Assembly (NCBI GenBank): GCA_964016885.1
Contig: OZ024760.1
Location: forward strand, 30,070,001-30,134,000
Length of the DNA stretch: 64,000 nucleotides
From: Eledone cirrhosa
Lineage: Eukaryota
Direction of reading: 5' to 3'
The position numbers and the translations under genes were made by a program. The stretch's first letter is position 1. Each line of letters starts with the position of its first letter. The notes under the pieces are model-generated. The model worked only from the letters and a program-made list of their open reading frames with translations, was not told the DNA's origin and ran no database searches. Below are positions 31,231 through 45,224 of this stretch, piece after piece.

Positions 31231-34200
31231 TGTAATGTAATGTAATGTAATGTAATGTAATGTAATGTAATGTAATGTAATGTGTAATGTAATGTAATGT
31301 AATGTAACGTAATGTAACGTAATGTAATGTGTAATGTAATGTAATGTAATGTGTAATGTAATGTAATGTAATGTAATGTAATGTAATGTAATGTGTAATA
31401 TAATGTAATGTAATGTAACGTAATGTAACGTAATATAATGTAATGTAATGTAATGTAATGTGTAATGTGTAATGTAATGTAATGTAATGTAATGTGTAAT
31501 GTAATGTAATGTAATGTAATGTAATGTAATGTAACGTGTAATGAAATGTAATGTAATGTAATGTAATGTGTAATGTAATGTAATGTAATATAATGTGTAA
31601 TGTAATGTAATGTAATGTGTAATGTAATGTAATGTAATGTAATGTAATGTGTAATGTAAGGTAATGTTATGTAATGTAATGTATAATGTAATGTAATGTA
31701 ATGTAATGTAATGTGTAATGTAATGTAATGTAATGCAATGTAATATGTAATGTAACGTAATGTAATGTAATGTGTAACGTAATGTAATGTAATGTGTAAT
31801 GTAATGTAATGTAATGTAATGTAATGTAATGTAATGTAATGTAATGTAATGTGTAATGTAATGTAATGTAATGTAATGTAATGCGTAATGTAATGTAATG
31901 AAATGTAATGTAATGTAATGCAATGTAGTGTAATGTGTAATGTAATGTAATGTAATCTAATGTGTAATGTAATTTAATGTAATGTAATGTAATGTAATGT
32001 AATGTAATATGTAACGTAATGTGATGTAATGTAATTTAATGTAATGTCTAATGTAATGTAATGTAATGTAATGTAATGTAATGTAATGTGTAATGTAATG
32101 TAATGTAATGTAATGTAATGTAATGTAATGTGTAATGTAATGTAATGTAATGTAATGTAATGTAATATAATGTAATGTGTCATGTAGTGTAATGTAATGT
32201 AATGTAATGTAATATGTAATGTAATGAAATGTGTAATGTAATGTAATGTAATGTAATGTAATGTGTAATGTAGTGTAACGTAATTTAATGTAATGTAATG
32301 TGTAATGTAATGTAATGTTTAATGTAATGTAATGTAATGTAATGTAATGCAATGCAATGCAATGTAATGTAATGTGTAATGTGTAATGTAATGTAAGGTA
32401 AGGTAATGTAATGTAATGTGTAATGTAATGTAATGTAATGTAGTGTAACGTGTAATGTAATGTAATGTAATGTAGTGTGTAATGTAATGTAATGTAATGT
32501 GTAATGTAATGTAATGTAATGTAATGTAATGTAATGTAATGTAATGTAAAGTAATGTGTAATGTAATGTAATGTAATGTAATGTGTAATGTAATGTAATG
32601 TAATGTAGTGTAATGTATAATGTAATGTAATGTGTAATGTAATTTAATGTAATGTAATGTGTAATGTAATGTAATGTGTAATGTAATGTAATGCTATGTA
32701 ATGTAATGTATAATGTAATGTAATGTAATGGGTAATGTAATGTAATGTAATGTAAAGTAATGTAATGTAATGTGTAATGTAATGTAATGTAATGTGTAAT
32801 GTCATGTAATGTAATGTAATGTAACGTAATGTAATGTAATGTGTAATGTAATGTAATGTAATGTAATGTAATGTAATGTGTAATGTAATGTATTGTAATG
32901 TAATGTAACGTATAAGGTAATGTAATGTAATGTGTAACGTAATGTAATGTAATGTAAAGTAATGTAATGTAATGTAATGTAATGTAATGTGTAATGTAAT
33001 GTAATGTAATGTAACGTAATGTAATGTGTAATGTAATGTAATGTAATGTGTAATGCAATGTAATGTAATGTAATGTAATGTAATGTAATGTAATGTAATG
33101 TGTACTGTAATATAATGTAATGTAAAGTAATGTAATGTGTAATGTAATGTAATGTAATGTAATGTAATGTGTAATTTAATGTAATGTAATGTAATGTTTA
33201 ATGTAATGTAATGTAATGTAATGTAATGTAATGTAATGTAATGTAATGTTATGTTTAATGTAATGTAATGTAATATAATGTAATTTTTAATGTAATGTAA
33301 TGTAATGTAAAGTAATGTAATGTAATGTAATGTAATATAATGTGTAATGTAATGTAATGTAACGTAATGTAACGTGTAATGTAATGTAATGTAATGTAAT
33401 GTGTAATGTAATGTAATGTAATGTAATGTAAAGTAATGTAATGTAATGTAATGTGTAATGAAATGTAATGTAATGTAATGTAATGTAATGTAATGTAATG
33501 TGTAATGTAATGTAGTGTAATGTAATGTAATGTAATGTAATGTAATGTAATGTAATGTGTAATGTAATGTAATGTAATGTAATATAATGTAATGTGTAAT
33601 GTAATGTAATGTAATGTAATGTAATGTAATGTAATGTAATGTAATGTAATGTTTAATGTAATGTAATGTAATGTAATGTAATGTAATGTAATGTAATGTT
33701 ATGTTTAATGTAATGTAATGTAATGTAATATAATGTAATTTTTAATGTAATGTAATGTAATGTAATCTAATGTGTAATGTAATATAATGTAATGTAATGT
33801 AACGTAATGTAATGTTTAATGTAATGTAATGTAATGTAATGTAATGTAATGAAATGTAATGTAACGTGTAATGTAATGTAATGTAATGTAATGTAATGTA
33901 ATGTAACATAATGTAATGTACTGTGTAATGTAATGTAATGTAATGTAACGTGTAATGTAATGTAATGTAATGTAATGTAATGTGTAATGTAATGTAATGT
34001 AATGTGTAATGTAATGTAATGTTTAAAGTAACGTAATGTAACGTAATGAAATGTAATGTACTGTGTAATGTAATATAATGTAATGTAACGTGTAATGTAA
34101 TGTAATGTAATGTAATGTAATGTGTAATGTAATGTAATGTAATGTAATGTAATGTAATGTAATGTAATGTAATGTAATGTAATGTGTAATGTAATGTAAT

Positions 34201-36949
34201 GTAATGTAATGTGTAATGTAATGTAATGTAATGTAATGTAATGTAATGTAATGTAATGTAATGTGTAATGTAATGTAATGTAATATAATGTGTAATGTAA
34301 TGTACCGTGTAATCTAATGTAATGTAATGTGTAATGTAATGTAATGTAGTGTAATGTATAATGTAATGTAATGTAATGTGTAATGTAATGTAATGTAATG
34401 TAATATGTAATGTGTAATGTGTAATGTGTAATGTAATGTAATGTAATGTAATTAAATGTAATGTAATGTGTAATGTAATGTAATGTAATGTAACGTAATG
34501 TAATGTAATGTAATGTAATGTAATGTAATGTAATGTAATGTGTACTGTAATGTAATGTAATGTAAAGTAATGTAATGTGTAATGTAATGTAATGTAACGT
34601 AACGTAATGTAATGTAATGTAATGTAATGTAATGTAATGTAATGTAATGTAATGTAATGTACTGTGTAATGAAATGTAATGTAATGTAACGTAATGTAAT
34701 GTAATGTAATGTAATGTAATGTGTATTGTGTAATGTAATGTAATGTAATGTAATGTAATATAATGTGTAATGTAATGTAATGTAATGTAATGTAATGTAA
34801 TGTAATGTAATGTAATGTAATGTAACGTGTAATGAAATGTAATGTAATGTAATGTAATGTGTAATGTAATGTAATGTAATATAATGTGTAATGTAATGTA
34901 ATGTGTAATGTAATGTAATGCAATGTAATGTAATGTAATGTGTAATGTAATGTAATGTTATGTAATGTAATGTATAATGTAATGTAATGTAATGTAATGT
35001 AATGTGTAATGTAATGTAATGTAATGTAATGCAATGTAATATGTAATGTAACGTAATGTAATGTAATGTGTAACGTAATGTAATGTAATGTAATGTGTAA
35101 TGTAATGTAATGTAATATAATGTAATGTAATGTAATGTAATGTAATGTAATGTAATGTAATGTAATGTAATGTAATGTAATATAATGTGTAATGTAATGT
35201 AATGTAATGTAATGTAATGTAATGTAATGTGTAATGTAATGTAAAGTAATGTAATGTAATGTAATGTGTAATGTAATGTAATGTAATGTAATGTGTAATG
35301 TAATGTAATGTAATGTAATGTAATGCAATGTAGTGTAATGTGTAATGTAATGTAATGTAATCTAATGTGTAATGTAATTTAATGTAATGTAATGTAATGT
35401 AATGTAATGTAATGTAATATGTAACGTAATGTAATGTAATGGAATTTAATGTAATGTCTAATGTAATGTAATGTAATGTAATGTAATGTAATGTAATGTA
35501 ATGTGTAATGTAATGTAATGTAATGTAATGTAACGTGTAATGTAATGTAATGTAATATAATGTAATTTTTAATGTAATGTAATGTAATGTAACGTAATCT
35601 AATGTGTAATGTAATGTAATGTAATGTAATGTAACGTAATGTAATGTTTAATGTAATGTAATGTAATGTAATGAAATGTAATGTAACGTGTAATGTAATG
35701 TAATGTAATGTAATGTAATGTAATGTAACGTAATGTAATGTACTGTGTAATGTAATTTAATGTAATGTAATGTGTAATGTAATGTAACGTAATGTTATGT
35801 AATGTGTAATGTAATGTAATGTAATGTGTAATGTAATGTAATGTTTAAAGTAACGTAATGTAATGTAATGAAATGTAATGTAATGTGTAATATACTGTAA
35901 TGTAATGTAACGTGTAATGTAATGTAATGTAATGTAATGTAATGTAATGTGTAGTGTAATGTAATGTAATGTAATGTAATGTAATGTAATGTAATGTAAT
36001 GTAATGTAATGTAATGTGTAATGTAATGTAATGTAATGTGTAATGTAATGTAATGTAATGTAATGTAATGTAATGTAATGTAATGTAATGTAATGTAATG
36101 TAATGTAATGTAATGTGTAATGTAATGTACTGTAATGTAATGTGTAATGTAATGTAACGTGTAATGTAATGTAATGTTATTTAATGTGTAATGTAATGTA
36201 ATGTAGTGTAATGTATAATGTAATGTAATGTAATGTAATGTAATGTAATGTAATGTAATGTAATGTGTAATGTAATGTAATGTAATGTAATGTAACGTAA
36301 TGTAATGTAATGTAATGTAATGTAATGTAATGTAATGTAATGTGTAATGGGTAATGTAATGTAATGTAATGTAACGTGTAATGAAATGTAATGTAATGTA
36401 GTGTGTAATGTAATATAATGTAATATAATGTGTAATGTAATGTAATGTAATGTAATGTAATGTGTAATGTAATGTAATGTAATGTTATGTAATGTAATGT
36501 ATAATGTAATGTAATGTAATGTAATGTAATGTAATGTAATGTGTAATGTAATGTAATGTAATGCAATGTAATATGTAATGTAACGTAATGTAATGTAACG
36601 TGTAACGTAATGTAATGTAATGTAATGTAATGTAATGTAATGTAATGTGTAATGTAATGTAATGTAATGTAATGTGTAATGTAATGTAATGTAATGTAAT
36701 GTAATGCAATGTAGTGTAATGTGTAATGTAATGTAATGTAATCTAATGTGTAATGTAATTTAATGTAATGTAATGTAATGTAATGTAATTTAATATGTAA
36801 CGTAATGTAATGTAATGTAATTTAATGTAATGTCTATGTAATGTAATGTAATGTAATGTAATGTAATGTAATGTGTAATGTAATGTAATGTAATGTAATG
36901 TAATGTAATGTAATGTAATGTGTAATGTAATGTAATGTAATGTAATGTA

Positions 36950-39900
36950 ATGTGTCATGTAGTGTAATGTAATGTAATGTAATGTGTAATGTAATGTAAT
37001 GTAATGTAGTGTAATGTATAATGTAATGTAATGTAATGTGTAATGTAATGTAATGTAACGTAATGTAATGTGTAATGTCTAATGTGTAATATAATGTAAT
37101 GTAATGTAATGTTATGTAATGTAATGTAATGTAATGTAATGTAATGTGTAATGTAATGTAATGTAATGTGTAATGTAATGTATAATGTAATGTAATGTAA
37201 TGTAATGTAATGTAATGTAATATGTAATGTAACGTAATGTAATGTAATGTGTAACGTAATGTAATGTAATGTAATGTAATGTAATGCAATGTAATATGTA
37301 ATGTAACGTAATGTAACGTAATGTGTAACGTAATGTAATGTAATGTAATGTAATGTAATGTAATGTAATGTGTAATGTAGTGTAATGTAATGTAAAGTAA
37401 TGTAATGTAGTGTGTAATGTAATGTAATGTAATGTAATGTAATGTGTAATGTAATGTAATGTAATCTAATGTGTAATGTAATTTAATGTAATGTAATGTA
37501 ATGTAATGTAATGTAATATGTAACGTAATGTAATGTAATGTAATTTAATGTAATGTCTAATGTAATGTAATGTAATGTAATGTAATGTAACGTGTAGTGT
37601 AATGTAATGTAATGTAATGTAATGTAATGTAATGTAATGTAATGTAATGTAATGTAATGTAATGTGTAATGTAGTGTAACGTAATGTAATGTAATGTAAT
37701 GTGTAATGTAATGTAATGTGTAATGTAATGTAACGCAATGTAATGTAATGTAATGTGTAATGTAGTGTAACGTAATGTAATGTAATGTAATGTGTAATGT
37801 AATGTAATGTGTAATGTAATGTAATGTAATGTAATGTAATGCAATGCAATGTAATGTAATGTGTAATGTGTAATGTAATGTAAGGTAATGTAATGTAATG
37901 TGTAATGTAATGTAATGTAATGTAGTGTAACGTGTAATGTAATGTAATGTGTAATGTAATGTAATGTGTAATGTAATGTAATGTAATGTAATGTAATGTA
38001 ATGTGTAATGTAATGTAATTTAATGTAATGTAATGTAATGTGTAATGTAATTTAATGTAATGTAATGTGTAATGTAATGTAATGTAATGTAATGTGTAAT
38101 GTAATGTAATGTTATGTAATGTAATGTATAATGTAATGTAATGTAATGTGTAATGTAATGTAATGTAATGTAATGTAATGTAATGTCTAATGTAATGTAA
38201 TGTAATGTGTAATGTATTGTAATGTAATGTAATGTAATGTAATGTAATGTGTAATGTAATGTAATCTAATGTAATGTAATGTAACGTAATGTGTAATGTA
38301 ATGTATTGTAATGTAATTTAATGTATAAGGTAATGTAATGTAATGTAATGTGTAATGTAATGTAATGTAATGTAATGTAATGTAATGTAATGTAATGTAA
38401 TGTAATGTAATGTGTAATGTAATGCAATGTAATGTAACGTAATGTAATGTGTAATGTAATGTAATGTAATGTGTAATGTAATGTAATGTAATGTAATGTA
38501 ATGTAATGTAATGTAATGTAATGTAATGTAATGTAATGTAATGTGTACTGTAATGTAATGTAATGTAAAGTAATGTAATGTGTAATGTAATGTAATGTAA
38601 CGTAATGTAATGTAATGTAATGTAATGTAATGTAATGTAATGTAACGTAATGTAATGTAATGTAATCTAATGTAATGTGTAATGAAATGTAATGTAATGT
38701 AATGTAATGTAATGTAATGTGTAATGTAATGTAATGTAATGTAATGTAATGTAATGTGTAATGTAATGTAATGTAAGATAATGTAATGTGTAATGTAATG
38801 TAATGTAATGTAAGGTAATGTAATGTAATGTAATGTAATGTAATGTAATGTAATGTAATGTGTAATGTAATGTAATGTAATGTAATGTAATGTAATGTGT
38901 AATGTAATGTAATGTAATGTAACGTAATGTAACGTAATGTAATGTAATGTAATGTAATGTAATGTGTAATGTTTAATGTAATGTAATTTAATGTAATGTG
39001 TAATGTAATGTAATGTAATGTAATGTAATGTAATGTAATGTAACGTGTAATGAAATGTAATGTAATGTAATGTGTAATGTAATGTAATGTAATATAATGT
39101 GTAAGGTAATGTAATGTAATGTGTAATGTAATGTAATGTAATGTAATGTAATGTAATGTAATGTAATGTTATGTGTAATGTAAGGTAATGTTATGTAATG
39201 TAATGTATAATGTAATGTAATGTAATGTAATGTGTAATGTAATGTAATGTAATGCAATGTAATATGTAATGTAACGTAATGTAATGTAATGTGTAACGTA
39301 ATGTAATGTAATGTGTAATGTAATGTAATGTAATGTAATGTAATGTAATGTGTAATGTAATGTAATGTAATGTAATGTGTAATGTAATGTAATGAAATGT
39401 AATGTAATGTAATGCAATGTAGTGTAATGTGTAATGTAATGTAATGTAATCTAATGTGTAATGTAATTTAATGTAATGTAATGTAATGTAATGTAATGTA
39501 ATATGTAACGTAATGTAATGTAATGTAATTTAATGTAATGTCTAATGTAATGTAATGTAATGTAATGTAATGTAATGTAATGTAATGTGTAATGTAATGT
39601 AATGTAATGTAATGTAATGTAATGTAATGTAATGTAATGTGTAATGTAATGTAATGTAATGTAATGTAATGTAATATAATGTAATGTGTCATGTAGTGTA
39701 ATGTAATGTAATGTAATGTAATATGTAATGTAATGAAATGTGTAATGTAATGTAACGCAATGTAATGTAATGTAATGTGTAATGTAGTGTAACGTAATGT
39801 AATGTAATGTAATGTGTAATGTAATGTAATGTGTAATGTAATGTAATGTAATGTAATGTAATGTAATGTAATGTGTAATGTAATGTAATGTAATGTAATG

Positions 39901-42850
39901 TAATGTGTCATGTAGTGTAATGTAATGTAATGTAAAGTGTAATGTAATGTAATGTAATGTAGTGTAATGTATAATGTAATGTAATGTAATGTGTAATGTA
40001 ATGTAATGTAACGTAATGTAATGTGTAATGTCTAATGTGTAATATAATGTAATGTAATGTAATGTAATGTAATGTAATGTAATGTAATGTAATGTAATGT
40101 GTAATGTAATGTAATGTAATGTGTAATGTAATGTATAATGTAATGTAATGTAATGTAATGTAATGTAATATGTAATGTAACGTAATGTAATGTAATGTGT
40201 AACGTAATGTAATGTAATGTAATGTAATGTAATGCAATGTAATATGTAATGTAACGTAATGTAACGTAATGTGTAACGTAATGTAATGTAATGTAATGTA
40301 ATGTAATGTAATGTAATGTGTAATGTAGTGTAATGTAATGTAATGTAATGTAATGTAGTGTGTAATGTAATGTAATGTAATGTAATGTAATGTGTAATGT
40401 AATGTAATGTAATGTAATGTGTAATGTAATGTAATGTAATGTAATGTAATGCAATGTAGTGTAATGTGTAATGTAATGTAATGTAATCTAATGTGTAATG
40501 TAATTTAATGTAATGTAATGTAATGTAATGTAATATGTAACGTAATGTAATGTAATGTAATTTAATGTAATGTCTAATGTAATGTAATGTAATGTAATGT
40601 AATGTAACGTGTAGTGTAATGTAATGTAATGTAATGTAATGTAATGTAATGTAATGTAATGTGTAATGTAGTGTAACGTAATGTAATGTAATGTAATGTG
40701 TAATGTAATGTAATGTGTAATGTAATGTAACGCAATGTAATGTAATGTAATGTGTAATGTAGTGTAACGTAATGTAATGTAATGTAATGTGTAATGTAAT
40801 GTAATGTGTAATGTAATGTAATGTAATGTAATGTAATGCAATGCAATGTAATGTAATGTGTAATGTGTAATGTAATGTAAGGTAATGTAATGTAATGTGT
40901 AATGTAATGTAATGTAATGTAGTGTAACGTGTAATGTAATGTAATGTGTAATGTAATGTAATGTGTAATGTAATGTAATGTAATGTAATGTAATGTGTAA
41001 TGTAATGTAATTTAATGTAATGTAATGTAATGTGTAATGTAATTTAATGTAATGTAATGTGTAATGTAATGTAATGTAATGTAATGTGTAATGTAATGTA
41101 ATGTTATGTAATGTAATGTATAATGTAATGTAATGTAATGTGTAATGTAATGTAATGTAATGTAATGTAATGTTATGTCTAATGTAATGTAATGTAATAT
41201 GTAATGTATTGTAATGTAATGTAATGTAATGTAATGTAATGTGTAATGTAATGTAATCTAATGTAATGTAATGTAACGTAATGTGTAATGTAATGTATTG
41301 TAATGTAATTTAATGTATAAGGTAATGTAATGTAATGTAATGTGTAATGTAATGTAATGTAATGTAATGTAATGTAATGTAATGTAATGTAATGTAATGT
41401 AATGTGTAATGTAATGCAATGTAATGTAACGTAATGTAATGTGTAATGTAATGTAATGTAATGTGTAATGTAATGTAATGTAATGTAATGTAATGTAATG
41501 TAATGTAATGTAATGTAATGTAATGTAATGTAATGTAATGTAATGTAATGTGTACTGTAATGTAATGTAATGTAAAGTAATGTAATGTGTAATGTAATGT
41601 AATGTAACGTAATGTAATGTAATGTAATGTAATGTAATGTAATGTAATGTAATGTAATGTAATGTAATGTAATGGAATGTGTAATGAAATGTAATGTAAT
41701 GTAATGTAATGTAATGTAATGTAATGTGTAATGTAATGTAATGTAATGTAATGTAATGTAATGTGTAATGTAATGTAATGTAAGATAATGTAATGTGTAA
41801 TGTAATGTAATGTAAGGTAATGTAATGTAATGTAATGTAATGTAATGTAATGTAATGTAATGTGTAATGTAATGTAATGTAATGTAATGTAATGTAATGT
41901 GTAATGTAATGTAATGTAATGTAACGTAATGTAACGTAATGTAATGTAATGTAATGTAATGTAATGTGTAATGTTTAATGTAATGTAATTTAATGTAATG
42001 TGTAATGTAATGTAATGTAATGTAATGTAATGTAATGTAATGTAATGTAACGTGTAATGAAATGTAATGTAATGTAATGTGTAATGTAATGTAATGTAAT
42101 ATAATGTGTAAGGTAATGTAATGTAATGTGTAATGTAATGTAATGTAATGTAATGTAATGTAATGTAATGTAATGTAATGTAATGTGTAATGTAAGGTAA
42201 TGTTATGTAATGTAATGTATAATGTAATGTAATGTAATGTAATGTGTAATGTAATGTAATGTAATGCAATGTAATATGTAATGTAACGTAATGTAATGTA
42301 ATGTGTAACGTAATGTAATGTAATGTGTAATGTAATGTAATGTAATGTAATGTAATGTAATGTGTAATGTAATGTAATGTAATGTAATGTGTAATGTAAT
42401 GTAATGAAATGTAATGTAATGTAATGCAATGTAGTGTAATGTGTAATGTAATGTAATGTAATCTAATGTGTAATGTAATTTAATGTAATGTAATGTAATG
42501 TAATGTAATGTAATATGTAACGTAATGTAATGTAATGTAATTTAATGTAATGTCTAATGTAATGTAATGTAATGTAATGTAATGTAATGTAATGTAATGT
42601 GTAATGTAATGTAATGTAATGTAATGTAATGTAATGTAATGTAATGTAATGTGTAATGTAATGTAATGTAATGTAATGTAATGTAATATAATGTAATGTG
42701 TCATGTAGTGTAATGTAATGTAATGTAATGTAATATGTAATGTAATGAAATGTGTAATGTAATGTAACGCAATGTAATGTAATGTAATGTGTAATGTAGT
42801 GTAACGTAATGTAATGTAATGTAATGTGTAATGTAATGTAATGTGTAATG
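36950..42850 (+). repeat. Tandem duplication, unit ~3.0 kb (~36.95-39.9 kb and ~39.9-42.85 kb)
   Basis: Rare AAGATA at 38775/41782; ORF ends at offset 3012 (39257/42269, 39417/42429); GTGTCATGTAGTG at ~36953/39905 and ~39686/42698. Confidence 0.88.
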
Positions 42851-43980
42851 TAATGTAATGTAATGTAATGTAATGTAATGTAATGTAATGCAATGCAATG
42901 TAATGTAATGTGTAATGTGTAATGTAATGTAAGGTAAGGTAATGTAATGTAATGTGTAATGTAATGTAATGTAATGTAGTGTAACGTGTAATGTAATGTA
43001 ATGTAATGTAGTGTGTAATGTAATGTAATGTAATGTGTAATGTAATGTAATGTAATGTAATGTAATGTAATATAATGTAAAGTAATGTGTAATGTAATGT
43101 AATGTAATGTAATGTGTAATGTAATGTAATGTAATGTAGTGTAATGTATAATGTAATGTAATGTGTAATGTAATTTAATGTAATGTAATGTGTAATGTAA
43201 TGTAATGTCTAATGTAATGTAATGTAATGTAATGTAATGTAATGTAATGTAATGTAATGTAATGTGTAATGTAATGTAATGTAATGTAATGTAATGTAAT
43301 GTAATGTAATGTAATGTGTAATGTAATGTAATGTAATGTGTAATGTAATGTAACGTAATGTAATGTAATGTAATGTAATGTAATGTAATGTAATGTAATG
43401 TGTAATGTAATGTAATGTAATGTAATGTAATGTAATGTGTAATGTAATGTAATGTAATATAATGTAATGTGTAATGTAATGTAATGTAATGTATAATGTA
43501 ATGTAATGTAATGTAATGTGTAATGTAATGTAATGTAATGTAATGTAATGTGTAATGTAATGTAATGTAATGTAATGTAATGTGTAATGTAACGTAATGT
43601 AATGTAATGTGTAATGTGTAATGTAATGTAATGTGTAATGTAATGTAATGTAATGTAATGTAATGTAATATAATGTAATGTAATGTGTAATGCAATGTAA
43701 CGTAATGTAATGTAATGTGTAATGTAATGTAATGTAATGTAATGTAATGTAATATATTGTGTAATGTGATGTAATGTAATGTAATGTAGTATGTAATGTA
43801 ATGTAATGTAATGTAATATGTAATGTAATGTAATGTAATGTAATGTAATGTAATGTAATATGTGATGTAATGTAATGTGTAATGTAATGTAATGTAATGT
43901 AATGTAATGTAACGTGTAATGTAATATAATGTGTAATGTAATGTAATGTAATGTAATGTAATGTGTAATGTAATGTAAGT

Positions 43981-44035
43981 CAATGCAATGCAATGCAATG
44001 CAATGAAATTCAATGCAATGCAATGCAATGCAATG
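43981..44035 (+). repeat. (CAATG)5-AAATT-(CAATG)5 variant island (type 1)
   Basis: Read directly. Homologues lie at 48758-48807 (4+5), 52608-52657 (5+4) and 56312-56366 (CAAAG+4, then 5). Confidence 0.93.
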
Positions 44036-45164
44036 TAATGTAATGTAATGTAATGTAATGTAATGTAATGTAATGTGTAATATAATGTAAAGTATAATGT
44101 AATGTAATGTAATGTAATGTAATGTAATGTAATGCAATGTAATGTAATTTACTGTAATATGTAATGTAATGTAATGTAATGTAATGTAATGTAATGTAAC
44201 GTAACGTAATGTAATGTAATGTGTAATGTAATGTAATGTAATGCAATGTGTAATGTAATGTAATGTGTAATGTGTAATGTAATGTAATGTAATGTAATGT
44301 AATGTAATGTGTAATGTAATGTAATTTAATGTAATGTCTAATGTAATGTAATGTAATGTAATGTGTAATGTAATGTAACGTAATGTAATGTAACTTAATG
44401 TTTAATGTAATGTAATGTAATGTAATGTAATGTAATGTAATGTAATATAATGTAATGTAATGTAATGTAATGTAATGTAATGTGTAATGTAATGTAATGT
44501 AATGTAATGTAATGTAATGTAATATAATGCAATGTAATATGTAATGTAATTTAATGTAATGTAATATAATGTAATGTGTAATGTAATGTGTAATGTAATG
44601 TAATGTAATTTAACGTAATGTCTAACGTAATGTAATGTAATGTAATGTAATGTCATATAATGTAATGTGTAATGTAATGTAATGTAATGTAATGTAATGT
44701 AATGTAATGTAATGTGTAATGTAATGTAATGTAATGTAATGTAACGTAATGTAACATAATGTAATGTGTAATGTATTGTAATGTAATGTAATGTGTAATG
44801 TAATGTAATGTGTAATGTAATGTAATGTGTAATGTGTAATGTAATGTAATGTAATGTAATGTAATGTAATGTAATGTAATGTGTAATGTAATGTAATGTG
44901 TAAAGTAATGTAATGTAATGTAATGTAATGTGTAATGTAATGTAATGTAATGTAATGTGTAATGTAATGTAATGTAATGTAATGTAATGTGTAATGTAAT
45001 GTAATGTAATGTAATGTAATGTATGATGTAATGTAATGTAATGTAACGTGTAATGTAATGTAATGTACTGTAATGTAATGTAATGTAATATGTAATGTAA
45101 TGTAAGGTAATGTAATTTAATGTAATGTAATGTAATGTAATGTGTAATGTAATGTAATGTAATG

Positions 45165-45224
45165 CAATGCAATGCAATGCAATGCAATGCAATGCAATGC
45201 AATGAAATACAATGTAATGCAATG
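45165..45224 (+). repeat. (CAATG)8-AAATA-CAATG-TAATG-CAATG variant island (type 2)
   Basis: Read directly. Homologues with AAATG lie at 49920-49974 (7 copies), 53842-53906 (9), 57383-57452 (interrupted) and 61901-61965 (9). Confidence 0.93.

Larger units (their letters stand above)
1..43200 (+). repeat. Satellite sub-domain A (mosaic higher-order repeats built from shared variant cassettes)
   Basis: Cassette GCAATGTAGTGTAATGTG..AATCTAATGTG..AATTTAATG..AATATGTAACG..AATGTCT starts at ~5067, 6561, 7127, 8917, 9476, 11296, 13170, 15034, 15568, 17378, 19255, 20739, 26249, 31920, 35325, 36706, 39414, 40451 and 42426. It is not seen after ~43 kb. Confidence 0.85.

Noticed and set aside
43981-44035. 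Possible inversion or hairpin at (CAATG)n-AAATT-(CAATG)n
   Set aside because: Both arms are direct CAATG repeats in phase with the array. No CATTG arm is present, so it is not an inverted repeat.
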